Shown here piece after piece: positions 1 through 13,395 of a stretch of 64,000 nt of DNA. How positions within the stretch are numbered: position 1 is the stretch's first letter; each line of letters opens with the position of its first letter. The DNA is from Chiloscyllium plagiosum. Lineage: Eukaryota. The notes beneath the pieces were generated by a model that was given only the letters and a program-made list of their open reading frames with translations, had not been told where the DNA came from and made no database searches. The position numbers were made by a program, and so were the translations under genes. The stretch covers positions 65,665,932 to 65,729,931 of the forward strand of contig NC_057722.1 of NCBI RefSeq assembly GCF_004010195.1, read 5' to 3'.

Positions 1-672
1 GCCCTGACACTTTGTTTTCTGTGTTCAATTACATTCATTGGGGAACCTTCAGTTTGGTCTTGTATGCTCTGCCACGTAGCGTTTGGTATTAGTTTTGTTC
101 TTTCTATTTCTTGTGTATTGAGTAAAACAATTGTTGTGGTGATGGCGTTCAAAGCAACATTTCCCAGCAATAATATGATGAAGTGGTTTGGACCAAGACA
201 ACAACGGCTGATGGTTTACATCCTCACACTGGTACAATGTGCAATATGCACTGCCTGGTTAATTGTATTTCCACCTTATCCATTGAAAAACACTAGTCAC
301 TCTAATGAGATAATCGAGTTTGAATGTAATATAGGATCTTCATTAGCCTTTTGTTGTGTACTCGGTTATATTGGATTTCTGTCCTGCGTGTGTTTTGTGG
401 TAGCTTTTCTCGTTCGAAAACTTCCAGATAACTTCAATGAAGCGAAACACATAACATTTAGCATGCTTATCTTTTGTGCAGTTTGGATAACTTTCATTCC
501 AGCTTACATAAGTTCGCCAGGGAAATATGCTGTGGCAGTTGAAGTGTTTGCTATTTTAGCTTCTAGTTTTGGTCTACTTATTTGCATTTTTGCTCCAAAA
601 TGTTATATTATTCTGTTGAAGAAAGAAAACAATACAAAAAGGAACATGATGGGCTCAGTGGCTTCTAAATAA
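1..672 (+). CDS. V2R/OlfC-type class C GPCR, gene A, terminal exon (7TM domain), 5' part outside the window
   Basis: Open frame from base 1 ([25 protein letters not shown]...) to TAA at 670-672. Contains the 7tm_3 motifs [29 protein letters not shown] and FAPKCYIIL. Confidence 0.95.
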   Translation, partial: ALTLCFLCSITFIGEPSVWSCMLCHVAFGISFVLSISCVLSKTIVVVMAFKATFPSNNMMKWFGPRQQRLMVYILTLVQCAICTAWLIVFPPYPLKNTSHSNEIIEFECNIGSSLAFCCVLGYIGFLSCVCFVVAFLVRKLPDNFNEAKHITFSMLIFCAVWITFIPAYISSPGKYAVAVEVFAILASSFGLLICIFAPKCYIILLKKENNTKRNMMGSVASK

Positions 673-3402
673 TGATTTGAAAACATTCCTAAATAAGGCA
701 TGGATATTTTAGTGGGTAACTATTTTGTCGTGAAGCGCAATTCCATGAGAACCGAATGTCTTACCAGCACCCACTTTACACAATCGATCGTAGCCGCAAT
801 GACCAGCAAGAAGTGTAATTTTGTAGTTGGGCTATGTCTATTTAATATGGATCAAAGTCTTTTAGTTCCTTCACCACACTTAATTTCTTCATTGCACCGA
901 GTTTCGAGGTGAAATAAGTTTCGTCAATAAAAAAAAACCCTTATGAAACTTGGTCTATTCAAGTGAGCAAAATAGATTAATCACATAATCTCACAAAACC
1001 AATTAAGAAAACAAAATCATTGTGCTCATTTAACACTGAGGGGCTCGGTCGCGGGAAGCTGTGGTGATGTGGGAATACGGAGCGTTTGGAATCTTGGAGT
1101 TTACCATTTTAGTGGCACAATGTAAAAGTAGATATTCCTGCTGTTTTAGAATTCGTTTTATATTCATCTCCCAAGGGAGGATACAAATAACCTGCTAACT
1201 TATTTCCTAATGGTGACATCTCTGCAATACATAATCACTAACCAGCAGGCTCTGTATACTTATTTAATTGATATGTATGATATGTCTTAGCTGAAATTTG
1301 TTGCGTATATTCTAACTGTGATGCTGTAATTCACCGATATGTTATAAGTTTGGCATTTCGAAGTTGAAAAGTCATTCATGTAATGGAATGCAGCCTATAA
1401 CACACTGCACGCATCGAGTTCTGCATCGATTGAAGCCATTAGAGATTTGGAGTTTGCACATTCTCCCTGTAGCTGCGTGGGTTTCCTCCAGATGTTTCAG
1501 TTTCCTCTCACAGACCAAAGATGTGCAGGTTAGATGGATTGACCGTGCAAAATTGTACCATAGTGTACAGGGATCTGTCGTCAAGGTGGATTAGCCATGC
1601 AAAAAGGCATGATTACGTGGACCTGGATCTGGGTTTGGATCTGGATGGGATGCTCTTTGGTGGGTCGATGTGGAATCGATGGACCACATGGTCTCTTCAG
1701 CTCTGTAGGGATTCGAAAAGAAAATTACAAATTGGTGTCTCAACACATTTATCTTTTATTCGTATGCATTAGCTACAAAAAAAGTCCATGGATTTGAATT
1801 CTTTTCTTTCTAAATAATGGTGACAGAATTGTTAGCGTTGATTGTGGCCAAAAATGTAGAAACCAATATTAAACACAGATGACTAAATATCTGTTCAGTA
1901 ATTGAATCTTTCATGGAGTGATTGTAGACGCATTTTTGGAAGTCTTACTTGTCAGTCTTATTCAGTTCCTTTGAACTGAATTCTGTGTGTGGGAGGAGTC
2001 AACAAGCCTAGATGACATATTTGTCGACTTTTCTTAAAATATCAAGACCTTAGGGGAGGTTTCCAGGAGGAGAGTGCAACCATCTTTGGAAGATTGCCAA
2101 TCCTGGGATGGAGACATGGCATCTCAGGGACTGAGATATGTGATGGTGGTGTTTGTGCGAGGTCGCATCAGCATCGAAATAAATTTACCTCTTCGCAGTC
2201 AATAACCAGACTTTAGCTGTGAGGTTTCTCGGCAGCAGAGGTAACTATGAATCCCGTTTTTGTACATAAGTCAAAATGTTCTTCATTGTTATTCGATTGA
2301 AGTATACCATGTAGCGGAGTTTTATCACATTTTTGCAGTACATCCGCAAACCAATGTCTCGGGAACGGGGGACGGTTGTGTTCTGTCTGGACTTGGTACC
2401 AGCTCTCATGGCTACTGTAGTCCCATACTGGCCAAAAATGGTGAACTGTAGAAATTAGTTAAGATTTCCACCTCTTGGATTAAGCTGTGTTTGGTCATGG
2501 GCAGCCTTAAGAAGCCGAAATATAATTGAAGCCATGGATAAACTATCCGTTGGCTAGAGCTACACTTAGCACAAAGTTCTTGGAGGCAAAGCATAGCACC
2601 ACTAAGTCCCGCAGAGCACCGATCACAGTCCAACAATGGTCAGCCACTTTAGCAATGAAATCCATCCATCAGAAGACCAGAAATGCAATGATCACACAGT
2701 GTTCGGTCCCTTTTGGAAGCACACAGAAAATCGAGCAGTTTGCGCCCATATGCAGATTGTTTTCAGGCCTGGAATGACCGGGGCATTGGTTTAAGGTAAA
2801 GAGTAGAGGGTTTAGAGGAAACATGAGAAAACAATCCTGTTCATCCAGAAGGTGGGGGGAGTCTTGAATTCACTATCTGTTGGGGTGGTTGTGGCAAAAA
2901 CCGTGCTAGTATGGAAGAAGTATTTAGATATGCCGCTATGAAGCCAAGGCATATAAAGCTATGAGCCAAGTGCTGGAAAAGACGATTACATTATTTCTTT
3001 CTGGTTTTTCACTGGTACGAGTGAGATGTCCTGAATGGACTTTTTCTGTGCTGCTTATGTCTCTGTGTCTAATGCCATGTACTTACTAGAAAGTAAGAGC
3101 ATGCTAAAAATCAGGAATAGCGTCAGGGCGTAATTCACTTCTGGACTCCCGATACCCCTTTTGCCATCAACAAGGCGCAAGTCAGAAATGTGACGGAGTT
3201 TGTACCACTTCTCTGGATGATTGCTGCTCCAAACATACTCGTGAAGCTTGATACCATCCACGACAAAGCAGCCGACTTGGTTTTCATCTTGTCCCCAAAC
3301 ATTTATTCCCTCCTGAACGAATGCACAGAAGCACAAGATATGATGCTAAAATTCACCAAGGCTGCTCCAATCGCACCTTCCAAACCCACGACAAGTATCA
3401 TC

Positions 3403-3973
3403 TATGACCATGCTGTTCCTTGAATATGTTTAGGTTGTTCTTATTTTTTTTTTCCCCTGAAGCGTTGTAAAGACCCTGTGTTTATCTACTTGAAGGATAT
3501 TTGAAGTTAAAAAAAAACTTATGCAATAAAAGATGAGTGGCCAATATTCCCAGCTCGGCTTGGTTTGGTTTGGTTTTAGCTAGCAGTCAGTGGTGAAGTT
3601 ATTAGACCCAAAGAAGCAGGTCCATGCTGATCCTCCCTCTCTCTGACACCTCTCAAGTCAGAATCTGTGTTTGATTTTACCTTTTTTTTGCCAAGGGGTG
3701 TTTGCGGGCATTGTTGCATGAATTTGGAAGAGAACAATATTAGGATAGTCTGTTGGGTTTTCGGATAGGTTAAATTATTCTGTTCTGTTCTCTTCTGTTT
3801 GTGTTTCATTAGGCAATATTTCAAATAAATTCTGTGTTGATAAACCTAAGTGGTTGGGCCAGCTGCATCACTCCTGAAATATCCATTTCATACTTGCTTA
3901 AAAACAACTAGCAAAGGTAGGGTCCGACTTACTTTCTTGAAAGTTTTGAGGATTTCTGGCCTGGTCCAGAACA
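3403..3973 (+). mobile_element. Solo LTR (probably Gypsy-type)
   Basis: TA(TG)...CA ends, 4-bp TSD CATC (3399-3402 and 3974-3977), internal AATAAA. Its 3' end is the reverse complement of the element starting at 56394. Splits a LINE fragment. Confidence 0.7.
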
Positions 3974-4775
3974 CATCTAGAAGGACAAGGGCAGCAGGTA
4001 CACGGAAACATCACCTCCTGCAATTTCCTTACGAATTCACTCAGCATTCAGACGTGGAAATATACTGCCGTTCATTCAGTTGCTTGGTTAAAATCATTAA
4101 ACTTTCTCCCTGACAGCATTGTAGGGTTTTCTAAACTAAAATAGAACATGCTAGAAGACAGTTCAACGCCAACCTCTGAAGGAAAACTAGACATTAGCAA
4201 AAATTGCTGACCCTATCAATTTTGTCATATATCATTTTAGACATTTTTAAAATTTAAAATTTAAGAGCATCTGCATTGCTGCAGCGTGCACTGGGCTGAT
4301 GTGCTGTTTCTTAAGATTGCGGTTCGGTTCATGAGGTCTTTTAGCCGAAGATTCTTTCTTGATTTCTCATTCACTGCTGAATCTATGTGATAGATAAGAG
4401 TGATGCTAAAGCATTTTATGTGATACATGTCTAACATTATATATGTTTCTGTGCCTGTGGGAGTCTGACAATTAATATTATTAGAAGATTGGTGTCTGCA
4501 TCCGTTGGTTTATTCACTCACGATGGCATTATCAAACAGTTCACCCACACACCACTGCATAGCATCCTGTTTCAATTGCATTCCTCTTTTTAGGGGTCAG
4601 AATAGCCATGCGTCACAGAGCAGAATCACCTCCTCTCCAGTTCCCTGTAATTAGAGACGTAGACAATATCAAGCATCCCTCAGATAATGTGAACATTACG
4701 TCAGCCTGTGTCAGTTTCCATAACAAGCACTGCACTTCCTTGTTAGCTTGTAAGGGCCATTCAGATTTTGTAATG

Positions 4776-7700
4776 ATTTGGAGATGCCGGTGTTGGACTG
4801 GGGTGCACAAAGTTAAAAATCACACAACACCAGGTTATAGTCCAACAGGTTTAATTGGAAGTACAAGCTTTTGGAGCACTGCTCCTTTATCAGGTGGTTG
4901 TCGAGTACACCATTGTAAAATACAGAATTTATAGCAAAAGTTTACAGTATGATGCAACTGAAATTGTACATTGAAAAATACCTTGATTGTTTGTTAAGTC
5001 TCTCATCTGTTAGAATGACCCTGTTAGTTTTACTTCTTTCATATGTAAATCACAAATTAAAAAAAATACATTCTCAACTGAACTTTAACAATTGGTGTCA
5101 GCCGAGATAATGTATTGAAGGTGTTAGCACCCCTGTGTTCTGCTGTCTGTGCCATAATGTTTAGGCTGATTCTAATCCAAAAAATGAATTAACAGAATCT
5201 TACATGGATTCATGCAATTTTTGAGCAAAGTGTAATGTAACTCTGTAAGTACAAATTCACCCCACAAAGTTACATGTGTTTGTGTGCATGTGTGTGTGTT
5301 TGGGGGGGGGGGGGGGGGGGTGGTGGTGGTTGTGGTTGTGAATGCCTGTGACAGAATGCATATGTGTGTGTGCCTGAGTGTAAAGGGGTATAAGTTGGTG
5401 AGAGGGTACACGTGGGAGTGTGGTACTGTGAGTGTCTGTAGGAGTGCCTGTGTGTGTGTGTGTGTTTGGGAGTGTCTGTGTGTGTGTGTGTATAGTGTAA
5501 TGGGATCACCTGTAACGTGACATGAACCCAAGATCTCAGATGAGGCCATCTCCGTGGGTACCGAAATTAGCTATCAGCCTCTGCTCAGCCACGTTTCGCT
5601 GCTGCATGTCCCGAAGTCCGCCTTGAAGCATGGTCACCCAAAGGTCCGAGGCCAAATGTCCCAGACCGCTGAAGTGTTCTCTAACTGGGAGGGAACACTC
5701 CTGTCTGTTGATTGTTATGCCCATTCATCCATTGCCATGGCCTGTGCTCCGTTTCACCAATGTACCATGCCCCAGGACATTCTTGCCTGCTGCGTATGAG
5801 ATAGACAATGTTGGCTGAGTCGCATGAGTACCTGCCACGTACATGGTGGGAAGTGTCCCCATGCATAATGGTGGTATCCATGTCCACACTCTAACACGTC
5901 TTGCAGTGTCTACAGTGGCAGCATTGTATGGAGTTGTCCTGAAAGCTTGGCAGTGTTTGAGGTTTGGTGATTGTTTAAAAGCAAGGAGTGGAGATGTGGG
6001 GAAGGTCTTGACGAGGTTCTCATCCTCATTGATAATATTTGCAGGTTGTGAAGAACATGGCATAGTTTTTTAGCTCCTGGGAAGTACTGGCCATGAAGGG
6101 TACCCTGTCAGTTGCAGCACGTGTCTGTCTCCTGAGGAGACCATTATGGTTCCTTGTTGTGGTTCATTGGAACCGGCAGTCGATGAGTTGAGCATTGTAT
6201 CCCATTCTCATGAAGGCATCCTTGAATACTTCCAGGTGCCCATCACGTTCCTCCTCATCTGAACAGATCCTGTGTATGCATAGGGCTTGTCCTTAGGGGA
6301 TGGCTGTTTTAATATGTTTTGAGTGGAAACTGGAGAAGTGTAGCATTGTAAGGTTATCCGTGGGTTTGCAGTAGAGTGAGGTGCTGAGGTGTCCATCCTT
6401 GATGGAGATGCATGTGTCCAAGAATGAGACAGACAGTCGAGAGTAGGCCATGGTGAGTTTGATGGTGGGATGAAACTTGTTGATATCACTATGTAGTTTT
6501 ATCAGTGACTCCTCACCATGGGTCCAGAGGAAGAAAATGTTGTCAATATACCTGATGTATAGTGTTGGTTGGAGGTCCTACGTAGAGAAGAAGTCTTGTT
6601 CAAACATGTGCATGAAAATGTTTGCCTATTGGGTGCAAATTTTGGCCTCATGACTGTTCCATGTGTCTGGATGAAGAACTGGTTGTCAAAAGTAAGACAT
6701 TGTGCTCGCGGATAAAGCAAATGAGTTGTAGGACGATGCTCGGAGATTGGCAGTTGTTGGTGTTGAGTACTGAGGCTGTTGGCATGATGCTGTCATCATG
6801 GCGGATGCTGGTGTAGAGTGCTGAAACGTCCATTGTGATGAGGAATGTTCCCAGTTTGACTGGTGCATGTGTCTGAGTTTCTGTAAGAAATCTGTAGTGT
6901 CGCGACAGAAGCTGGGGATCTCCTGTACATTGGGTTTCAAGATGCCTTTGACATAGTGAGAGTGGTTCTCACACAGAGTCCTATTGCCTGATATGATGGG
7001 ACGTCCTGGTGTGTTGGCTTTGTGTATCTTCAGAAGTCACCTATGCAAGAAGTATGTGGGATGAGGGCGCATAGGGAACACTGAAGGACTGGATCCAAAG
7101 TCCTGATCAATGTGTTTAGTTCACAGGCATGCTCTTTGGTCGGATCAACCGGTACTTGTTTGTAATGTTCCTGATTGTTCAGTTGTTGGTACAATTCCTT
7201 GCAGTAATCCTTTCTATTCTGAATGATGATGGCTCTTCCTTTATCTGCTGGTTTGATGACAATGTTGAGAGCATGGATGGCATTGTATTGTGATTGGGTG
7301 ATGTTCTGCTCTACCTTATGGTACAGCTGATGAATCTGGCATTTATATACTTCCTGATGATTTGAGCATACATGTCAAGCCCAGGGCAGTGGCCCTCCGA
7401 TGGCGTCCAAGTTGATGCTTCCTGTGAGCGCTTCTCTATGAATCCCTGCGATGACTGTTCTGGTTCATTGGTACACTAATTGGGATCACTGCTGGCATCT
7501 TGAAAGAATTCCCGGAGTCTCATTTGTCTGATGAATTCCACTGTGACTGCTGCAAGAACCATGGGGTCCATTTTGGTGGTGGGGGAGAAATTAAGACCTC
7601 TGCTCAGGACTTCAATCTCTTCCGGTTGAAGGGTGTGGTCTGATAAGTTGACAATTGACTAGCCAACAGTGATAACGTTATTCACTGTGGTTCCAGGGTG

Positions 7701-8630
7701 GGCTTCTCTACTACTGGAGAAAATGTCAAGTTTCTTCAGTTTTTTGTTCTTGCTGTGCATGTACATGGTGTAGTTTTGTCACCTTGTCTGTTTGGCAATA
7801 TCACATAATTGTACTGCTGTATCCTGAGTGCAGGTTGAGAGTGTGGATTCTATCTGAATTTCAAGGTTGTGGAGTCTGCTATAGAGTTGATGCATGAGAT
7901 GATTGAGGAGTTTGAGAAAGGTGTGGTGGCTACGTTTCTGCATAGTCTGTGTTGTAGGTCGACTTGAGCAGGTTCATGATCGGTAAACCTACAGACACAC
8001 ACACTCCCACACTCACACATGTACCCTCTCCCAGACTTATACCCCTTTACACTCACACATGCATATATACACTCTATCACAGGTACTCACAACAACAATC
8101 AATCCTCACCCCACACCCTGCCCCCTCCCCCCACAACCCCACATGCACCAATACAAATCTAAGTTTTTGAGATGAATTTGTACTTGCAGCATTACATTAT
8201 ATTTTGCTCAAAAACTGCATGAATCCATGTAAGTTTCTGTTAATTCATTTTTTAGATTGGTATCAGTCTAAACATTATGGCACAGACAGCATCATACAGT
8301 GGTGCTAACACCTTCAATACATTATCTGGGCTGACACCAATTGTTAAAGTTCATTTGAGAATGTAACTTTTTTAAAAAAAATTGTGATTTACATATGAAA
8401 GAACTGAAACTAACATGGCCAGTCTAACAGATGAGAGACGTAATAAACAATCAAGGTACTTTTCAATGTATAGTTTCAGTTACATCACACTGTAAACTTT
8501 TGGCATAAATTCTATGCCTTACAATGGTGAACTCGACAACCACCTGATGACAGAGCAGTGCTCCAAAAGCTAGTGCTTCCAATTAAACCTGTTGGACTAA
8601 ATCCTGGTATTGCGTGATTTTTAACTTCCT
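4776..8630 (-). mobile_element. Penelope-like retroelement (decayed RT plus GIY-YIG endonuclease) with inverted pseudo-LTRs
   Basis: Minus-strand motifs: KPADKGRAIII (about 7220-7255), MDVSALYTSI, QTHGTVM, RYIDNIF (about 6535-6555), and GIY-YIG-like NIVYLIR...WYIGET. Inverted repeats at about 4810-5442 and 7987-8627. Flanking direct repeat ATTTTGTAATG at 4765-4775 and 8631-8641. Confidence 0.9.
5275..5492. repeat. (GT)n-rich low-complexity tract with a G run, inside the PLE pLTR
   Basis: Seen directly; mirrored as (CA)n at about 7990-8150. Confidence 0.9.
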
Positions 8631-10981
8631 ATTTTGTAATGCAGCCTCAATTATGTCAGACATTCGAGGGCCTCCTGGCGCAATGGCTATACATCTGTGT
8701 TTGAATCTGTCTGATCCATGTGTTTCCCACATGGATACCCATGATATGATTGTGTTTTATGAACTGTAGGAACGGGAGCTTGTTATAATTAATAATAGCC
8801 ACATTTACAGATCAAAGCATGTAATTGAATTGCTTTGATATTCAATCCAAGCTCGACAACTATCCGATGGCTACTAACCTCCGTCGTCAACTCTATCAAA
8901 CCTTTTTAGCCTGCTCCTATAGTCTTTGTTGCATTGCCATTTGAAAGAGGACCTTCAGAGTGATATTCTTATTACTGGTCTAGACATTGGAAAATACGAC
9001 ACGAAATTTAGGAACTTACAGTCGTTCAGAGTTACAATGATAAAATTACGTAATCATATAATTTTACAGCACAAATGAAGGCCATTCCACCCATCATGCT
9101 TATAGTGACTCCCAGAAGACATATCTCGCTTGTCTCACTATCCAGTTCTATGTCTGTAACGCTCCAAATTCATCACTTCCAAACAATTTGTCCAGTTTTC
9201 CAAGAATCTGCCTTCTCCACTGTCTCAGACAGTGCATTCCAACTCCCAGTAACTCTCCAAGGAAAGATGTTTCTCCGCATCACACTCCTAAACGTCTTGC
9301 TAAATATCTTGAATTTGTGCCCCTTTGTTTTTTCATTTGTTCTAGGGATGTGGGAATTCCTGGCCAACATTTGTTGCCAATCCCCAATTCCTTGTGCATG
9401 GAATGTACTTCCTACATCGTCTCAGAGGACAGGTATGAACCATTTTGCTGTGGTTTTGAAGTTGCATGCAGGCCATAAAGTGTAAAGATGGTAGATTTCC
9501 TTCCCTAAAGGACATGACTGAAAAAACCGAGTACTTTTTATGATCAACAATGATTTAAAAGAAACGATTACAGTAGCTTTTATTTCCAGATTTCTTTTTC
9601 TGTTTAATTTCACCATCTGATGTGATGAAATTTGAACCCAACAGGTCAGACCATCAGCCTGACTTTTAAGCTCCGTTGAAGAGAAAAGTGTGAGTATGAT
9701 TGTTCAATATGTTAATTCCAATTTAAGATTACTTTTTCAGAGTTGGAGAAACATTTGTATTGTATTAAATATTAAAGAGGAGAGTTTGACAGCTCACAAG
9801 GTTTTACTTGGTCATCCATTTTATAGCTCTGGTCTAAGTGTTAAATGTTTTGTTTCACCTTGAAATTTCTGTGGACATTCTGCATTATTACATTCACTTC
9901 GAGAAGCATCTGGTAAAATGACAAGACTAATTACTTTTTTTCTGTAACCGTGTACTATTTTGTTTTGTGGTGAATAGCTGATTGTGGTGTTGGATACCAA
10001 TATACTTAATGCCAGGAGATCACTGCAGTAATCTCATAAGCTAGCTTCCTAGACCCAATCATATTCACCTACTTTATCATTGACCACTCTTTTATTAGAA
10101 GTTAGGAAGTGGAGGGTGCTCTAATGATCACAGCACCATCCACAACTCGGCAGATACTGGAACACCTCAAGTTAAAAAGCAAGACCAGGACAACATGAAG
10201 AGTTAGGCTGATAACTAGCAGTTAACAATGGGCACTTGTCGAAGACAATAGCTGTCTCCATCAAGAAATAATCCAAAGAGTTCTTTTTGATAGTTAATGA
10301 TTTGCAGAATCTATCCTCCACAGTACATCGCCTGACGCATACCATTGATCAGAAACCAAAAAGAGACAGACATGTTAGCTATGTGACCGCATATGTAGGT
10401 CAGAGGCTTGTAATTCTGTACTAACTCGCCTCTGTGCAACAACTGTCTACTATCGACAAGTCACAAATTGGGAGTGTAATGTCATATTCTCCACTTGCCT
10501 GGATGACTGTAGTTTCAAGAACACTTAAACGTCTTGACTCTTCCCAGGATAAAACAGCTTGCTTGAACTCAATTGATAAGAATAGAGCAACATTTGTGTA
10601 TATTTTCTGGCAATTTACTATTTGCAACCTGGAAGAGAGTTGTAGTGAATGAGAGTGGGTTAAAAACAGCAAAGGTTACAGTTCTGTTCGGTTCTGTAGC
10701 AATAACAGGTTAGCAGTGAACTTTTGTTGACTTATAGAGACTGACTAAAAGCAGAAAGGATGAGAAATGTAGTCAGCAGGATTTCATTCCGGGTACGGAC
10801 ATTCTAAATTATTTTTCATCTACCACTCGGACCTGACCATCGATCAGCAACCTACTTGATTGACACCATACCATCAGTTTCAACATGCACTCCCTTAACC
10901 ACTGATGTCCACGAGCAATAGAGAACACCCTCTTCAAGGTGTACAGTAGCACCACTCCTCCTCTGCAGAATCTGATACTCT

Positions 10982-11269
10982 ATTAGATTACTTACAGTGC
11001 GGAAATAGGCCATTCGGCCCAAGTAGTCCACACAGACCTTCCGAAGAGTAACCCACCCAGACCCATTCCCACTAACTAATGCACCTAACTCTCCGGGCAA
11101 ATTAGCATGATCAATTCACCTAACCTGCACATCTTTGGGTTGTGGGAGGAAACCCACGCAGACACGGGGAGAATGTGCAGACTCCACACAAACTCCAAGG
11201 CTGGAATCGAACCCAGGTCCCCAGCACTATGAGTGCAGTAGTGCTAACCACTGAGCCACCGTGCCGCCC
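10982..11269 (-). mobile_element. V-SINE (HE1-like)
   Basis: Same head, V domain and tail as the 42369 copy. Confidence 0.85.
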
Positions 11270-12349
11270 TTTACAGCTTAACGGGACAAAGACAACAGAT
11301 GCTTGTAAAATACCAGGCCCACAAGTTTCGTTGCAACAGTGCTGATTGGCTGACCAATTCTGATTGACTGACGCATTTTCACCATAATAGAAATTATGAT
11401 GGGCAATTTGAACAAGGCGCAAGGCTTAAATACATTTTATTTTCATGTATACATTGTATATAGTTAAGTAAAGCTTTTAGCAATCAGAAATAAGCACCTT
11501 CAGTGGCTGTTTTGGTACATTAAAGTGTGCCTATCTCTGAACCAGAAAACGTGAGTTCAACTCCCATCCAATCGCTAATAACATCTCTGAGCAGGATTAC
11601 TAGAAAATATTTAAGTGAGCACTTTATCAACTCAACCATAACGATCTTAAACTCGTCAAGATTATTCAGCAATTGCTGCCTAATAACCAAATCACATCTT
11701 ATAGTGGTCATTGCGTACTCACATTAAAATATAATAATTATTTCAGGGCTGAAGGCTGAACCCTGTCAGTGAAACATTACACTCACAAAGCCACTGCATA
11801 GTAGCAGCATTAAACAGCTTGATTAACCTGCCGTGCAATTGGTTGAGATAATTTGTTCATGTAAATAATTTGAAATAGACCGGACAGTCTTCAAATCTCG
11901 AATTTGGCACATGTTCGAGCTTGTCTTTGTACAAGGAACAATGATTTGACCCGAATTAACAATGCCTCACAGAAGATGAGGACAGCTTAAGGGAGATGAA
12001 GATGCTGTTGTCGTTCCTAGCAATTGTGTTGCACTTCTTGTTTTGTGGTCCTGAATCCCACTGGTGAATACACTTCAAATTTTCAACTGAAAAACCACTT
12101 CAGAGATCTTAAGATACATTGACCTGCAAATGTTTGGACTTTGGGAGGAAACTAGAGCACCCACAGGAAACAGATGCAGACACGGGGAAAATGTGCAAAC
12201 TCCACAAAGGCAGTCGCCTGAGGTTGGAATCGATCCCAGGTCCCTGACAGCAGTGCTAACCACACTGCGCCTCAACTGGATTGAAGGTACACAGATGCCT
12301 ATGTTTGCAATTATTTTCTTCATGAGTCTCATGTTGACTAAACTGGTAA

Positions 12350-12460
12350 GGTGTGTTCCTTAGGGACTAGCCAAGTAATTTATTGATATTCAACAGAGAT
12401 TGAAATTGATTAAGCACTCATTGATTAAGCACACAAAAATAGCGACTTCTTTTTATAAAA
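12350..12460 (+). promoter_or_regulatory. Putative proximal promoter of gene B
   Basis: TATAAAA at 12454-12460, about 55 bp before the ATG. The block TTCCTTAGGGACTAGCCAAGTAATTTATTGATATTCAACAGAGATTGAAAT is strongly conserved with 62768-62820 upstream of gene E. Confidence 0.6.
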
Positions 12461-12513
12461 AGTCAGTCAACCATCCTACTGTCAGCCGAGGACAATTTCT
12501 TGTCCTATCGATA

Positions 12514-12728
12514 ATGCATTATTGGTTCCTTTTAGTGCTGAATTCAGCCGCCGCCCTGACATTGTCCAGTAATGAGCAGGTTTGCAAACGTTGGGGTAAG
12601 TTTGATTTACTGGGCTTGTCGAAGAATGGAGATATCACGTTGGGTGGAATTTTTGGGATGCGTTCTTACCACGTAGAGCAGCGACACCTCTCATTCAGCA
12701 TTCACCCGGAGCCGGCAAAATGCCTCAG
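12514..12728 (+). CDS. V2R/OlfC gene B exon 1 (signal peptide and start of the Venus flytrap domain)
   Basis: ATG at 12514 gives MHYWFLLVLNSAAALTLSS...GDITLGGIFG...AKCL. Phase-2 donor AG|GTTGGT at 12729. Length 215 bp, the same as gene E exon 1. TATA box upstream. Confidence 0.88.
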
Positions 12729-13052
12729 GTTGGTGAGTTTGTTTAATAAAATGGAAAACATCTGTCCTCATGTTGCTTCCCATGTTTACATGATCACAGT
12801 CTGAATTACTTTGTGAATTTCAAGTAAAAGAAAATTGTCAACTTTATTTTGCGACTTGCCCCAAAGTGTGTAATAACCAATCAGGTACTTTTGCAATTCA
12901 GTTAATGTAATGGTAGCAATACAGCCATCACTGTCAGTACCGCCAGCTCCCACAATTAGTCTTGTGATCAAAACTCATGAACCTGTTTTAGCATTTTGGA
13001 ATGAGAGACAATTGTGAGAGCTCTCCTGCTGTTTTTCGAAGGCTTTCATTTT

Positions 13053-13395
13053 GGCAGCACGATGACTTAGTGGTTAGCACTGCTGCCTCACAGCACTAGG
13101 GACCTGGGTTCGAATCCAACCTTGGATGACTGTGTGGAGTTTGCATATTCTCCCTGTGGTTATGTGGGTTTCATTCGAGTGCTCCGATTTCCTCCCATAG
13201 TCCAGAGATATGTAGGTTAGGTGAATTGGCCATGCTCAATTCCCTTTAGTGTTCAGGGATGCTTAGATTAGGTGCATTAGCGAGGGGTAAGTGTAGAGTA
13301 ATGGGGTAGGGAAATGGATTTGGAGAGATACTCTTCAGAGGGTTGGTGTGGACTTGTTGGGATGAAGAGCCTGTTTCCCCAGTGTATGGAATCCA
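13053..13395 (+). mobile_element. V-SINE (HE1-like)
   Basis: A and B boxes (AGTGGTTAGC, GGGTTCGAATCC) and the V domain. Confidence 0.85.

Noticed and set aside
1900-2760. Higher-GC segment, possibly a decayed L1/Tx1-type ORF2 on the minus strand
   Set aside because: No unambiguous motif could be read, so it is left unannotated.
5172-5549. ORFs rich in His/Thr/Pro or Val/Cys/Gly
   Set aside because: Translations of GT/CA microsatellite and a G run inside the PLE terminal repeat.
12400-12513. N-terminal extensions of ORF-track calls (12400, 26000, 34618, 40727)
   Set aside because: They use non-ATG or intronic starts upstream of the true start codon or splice acceptor.
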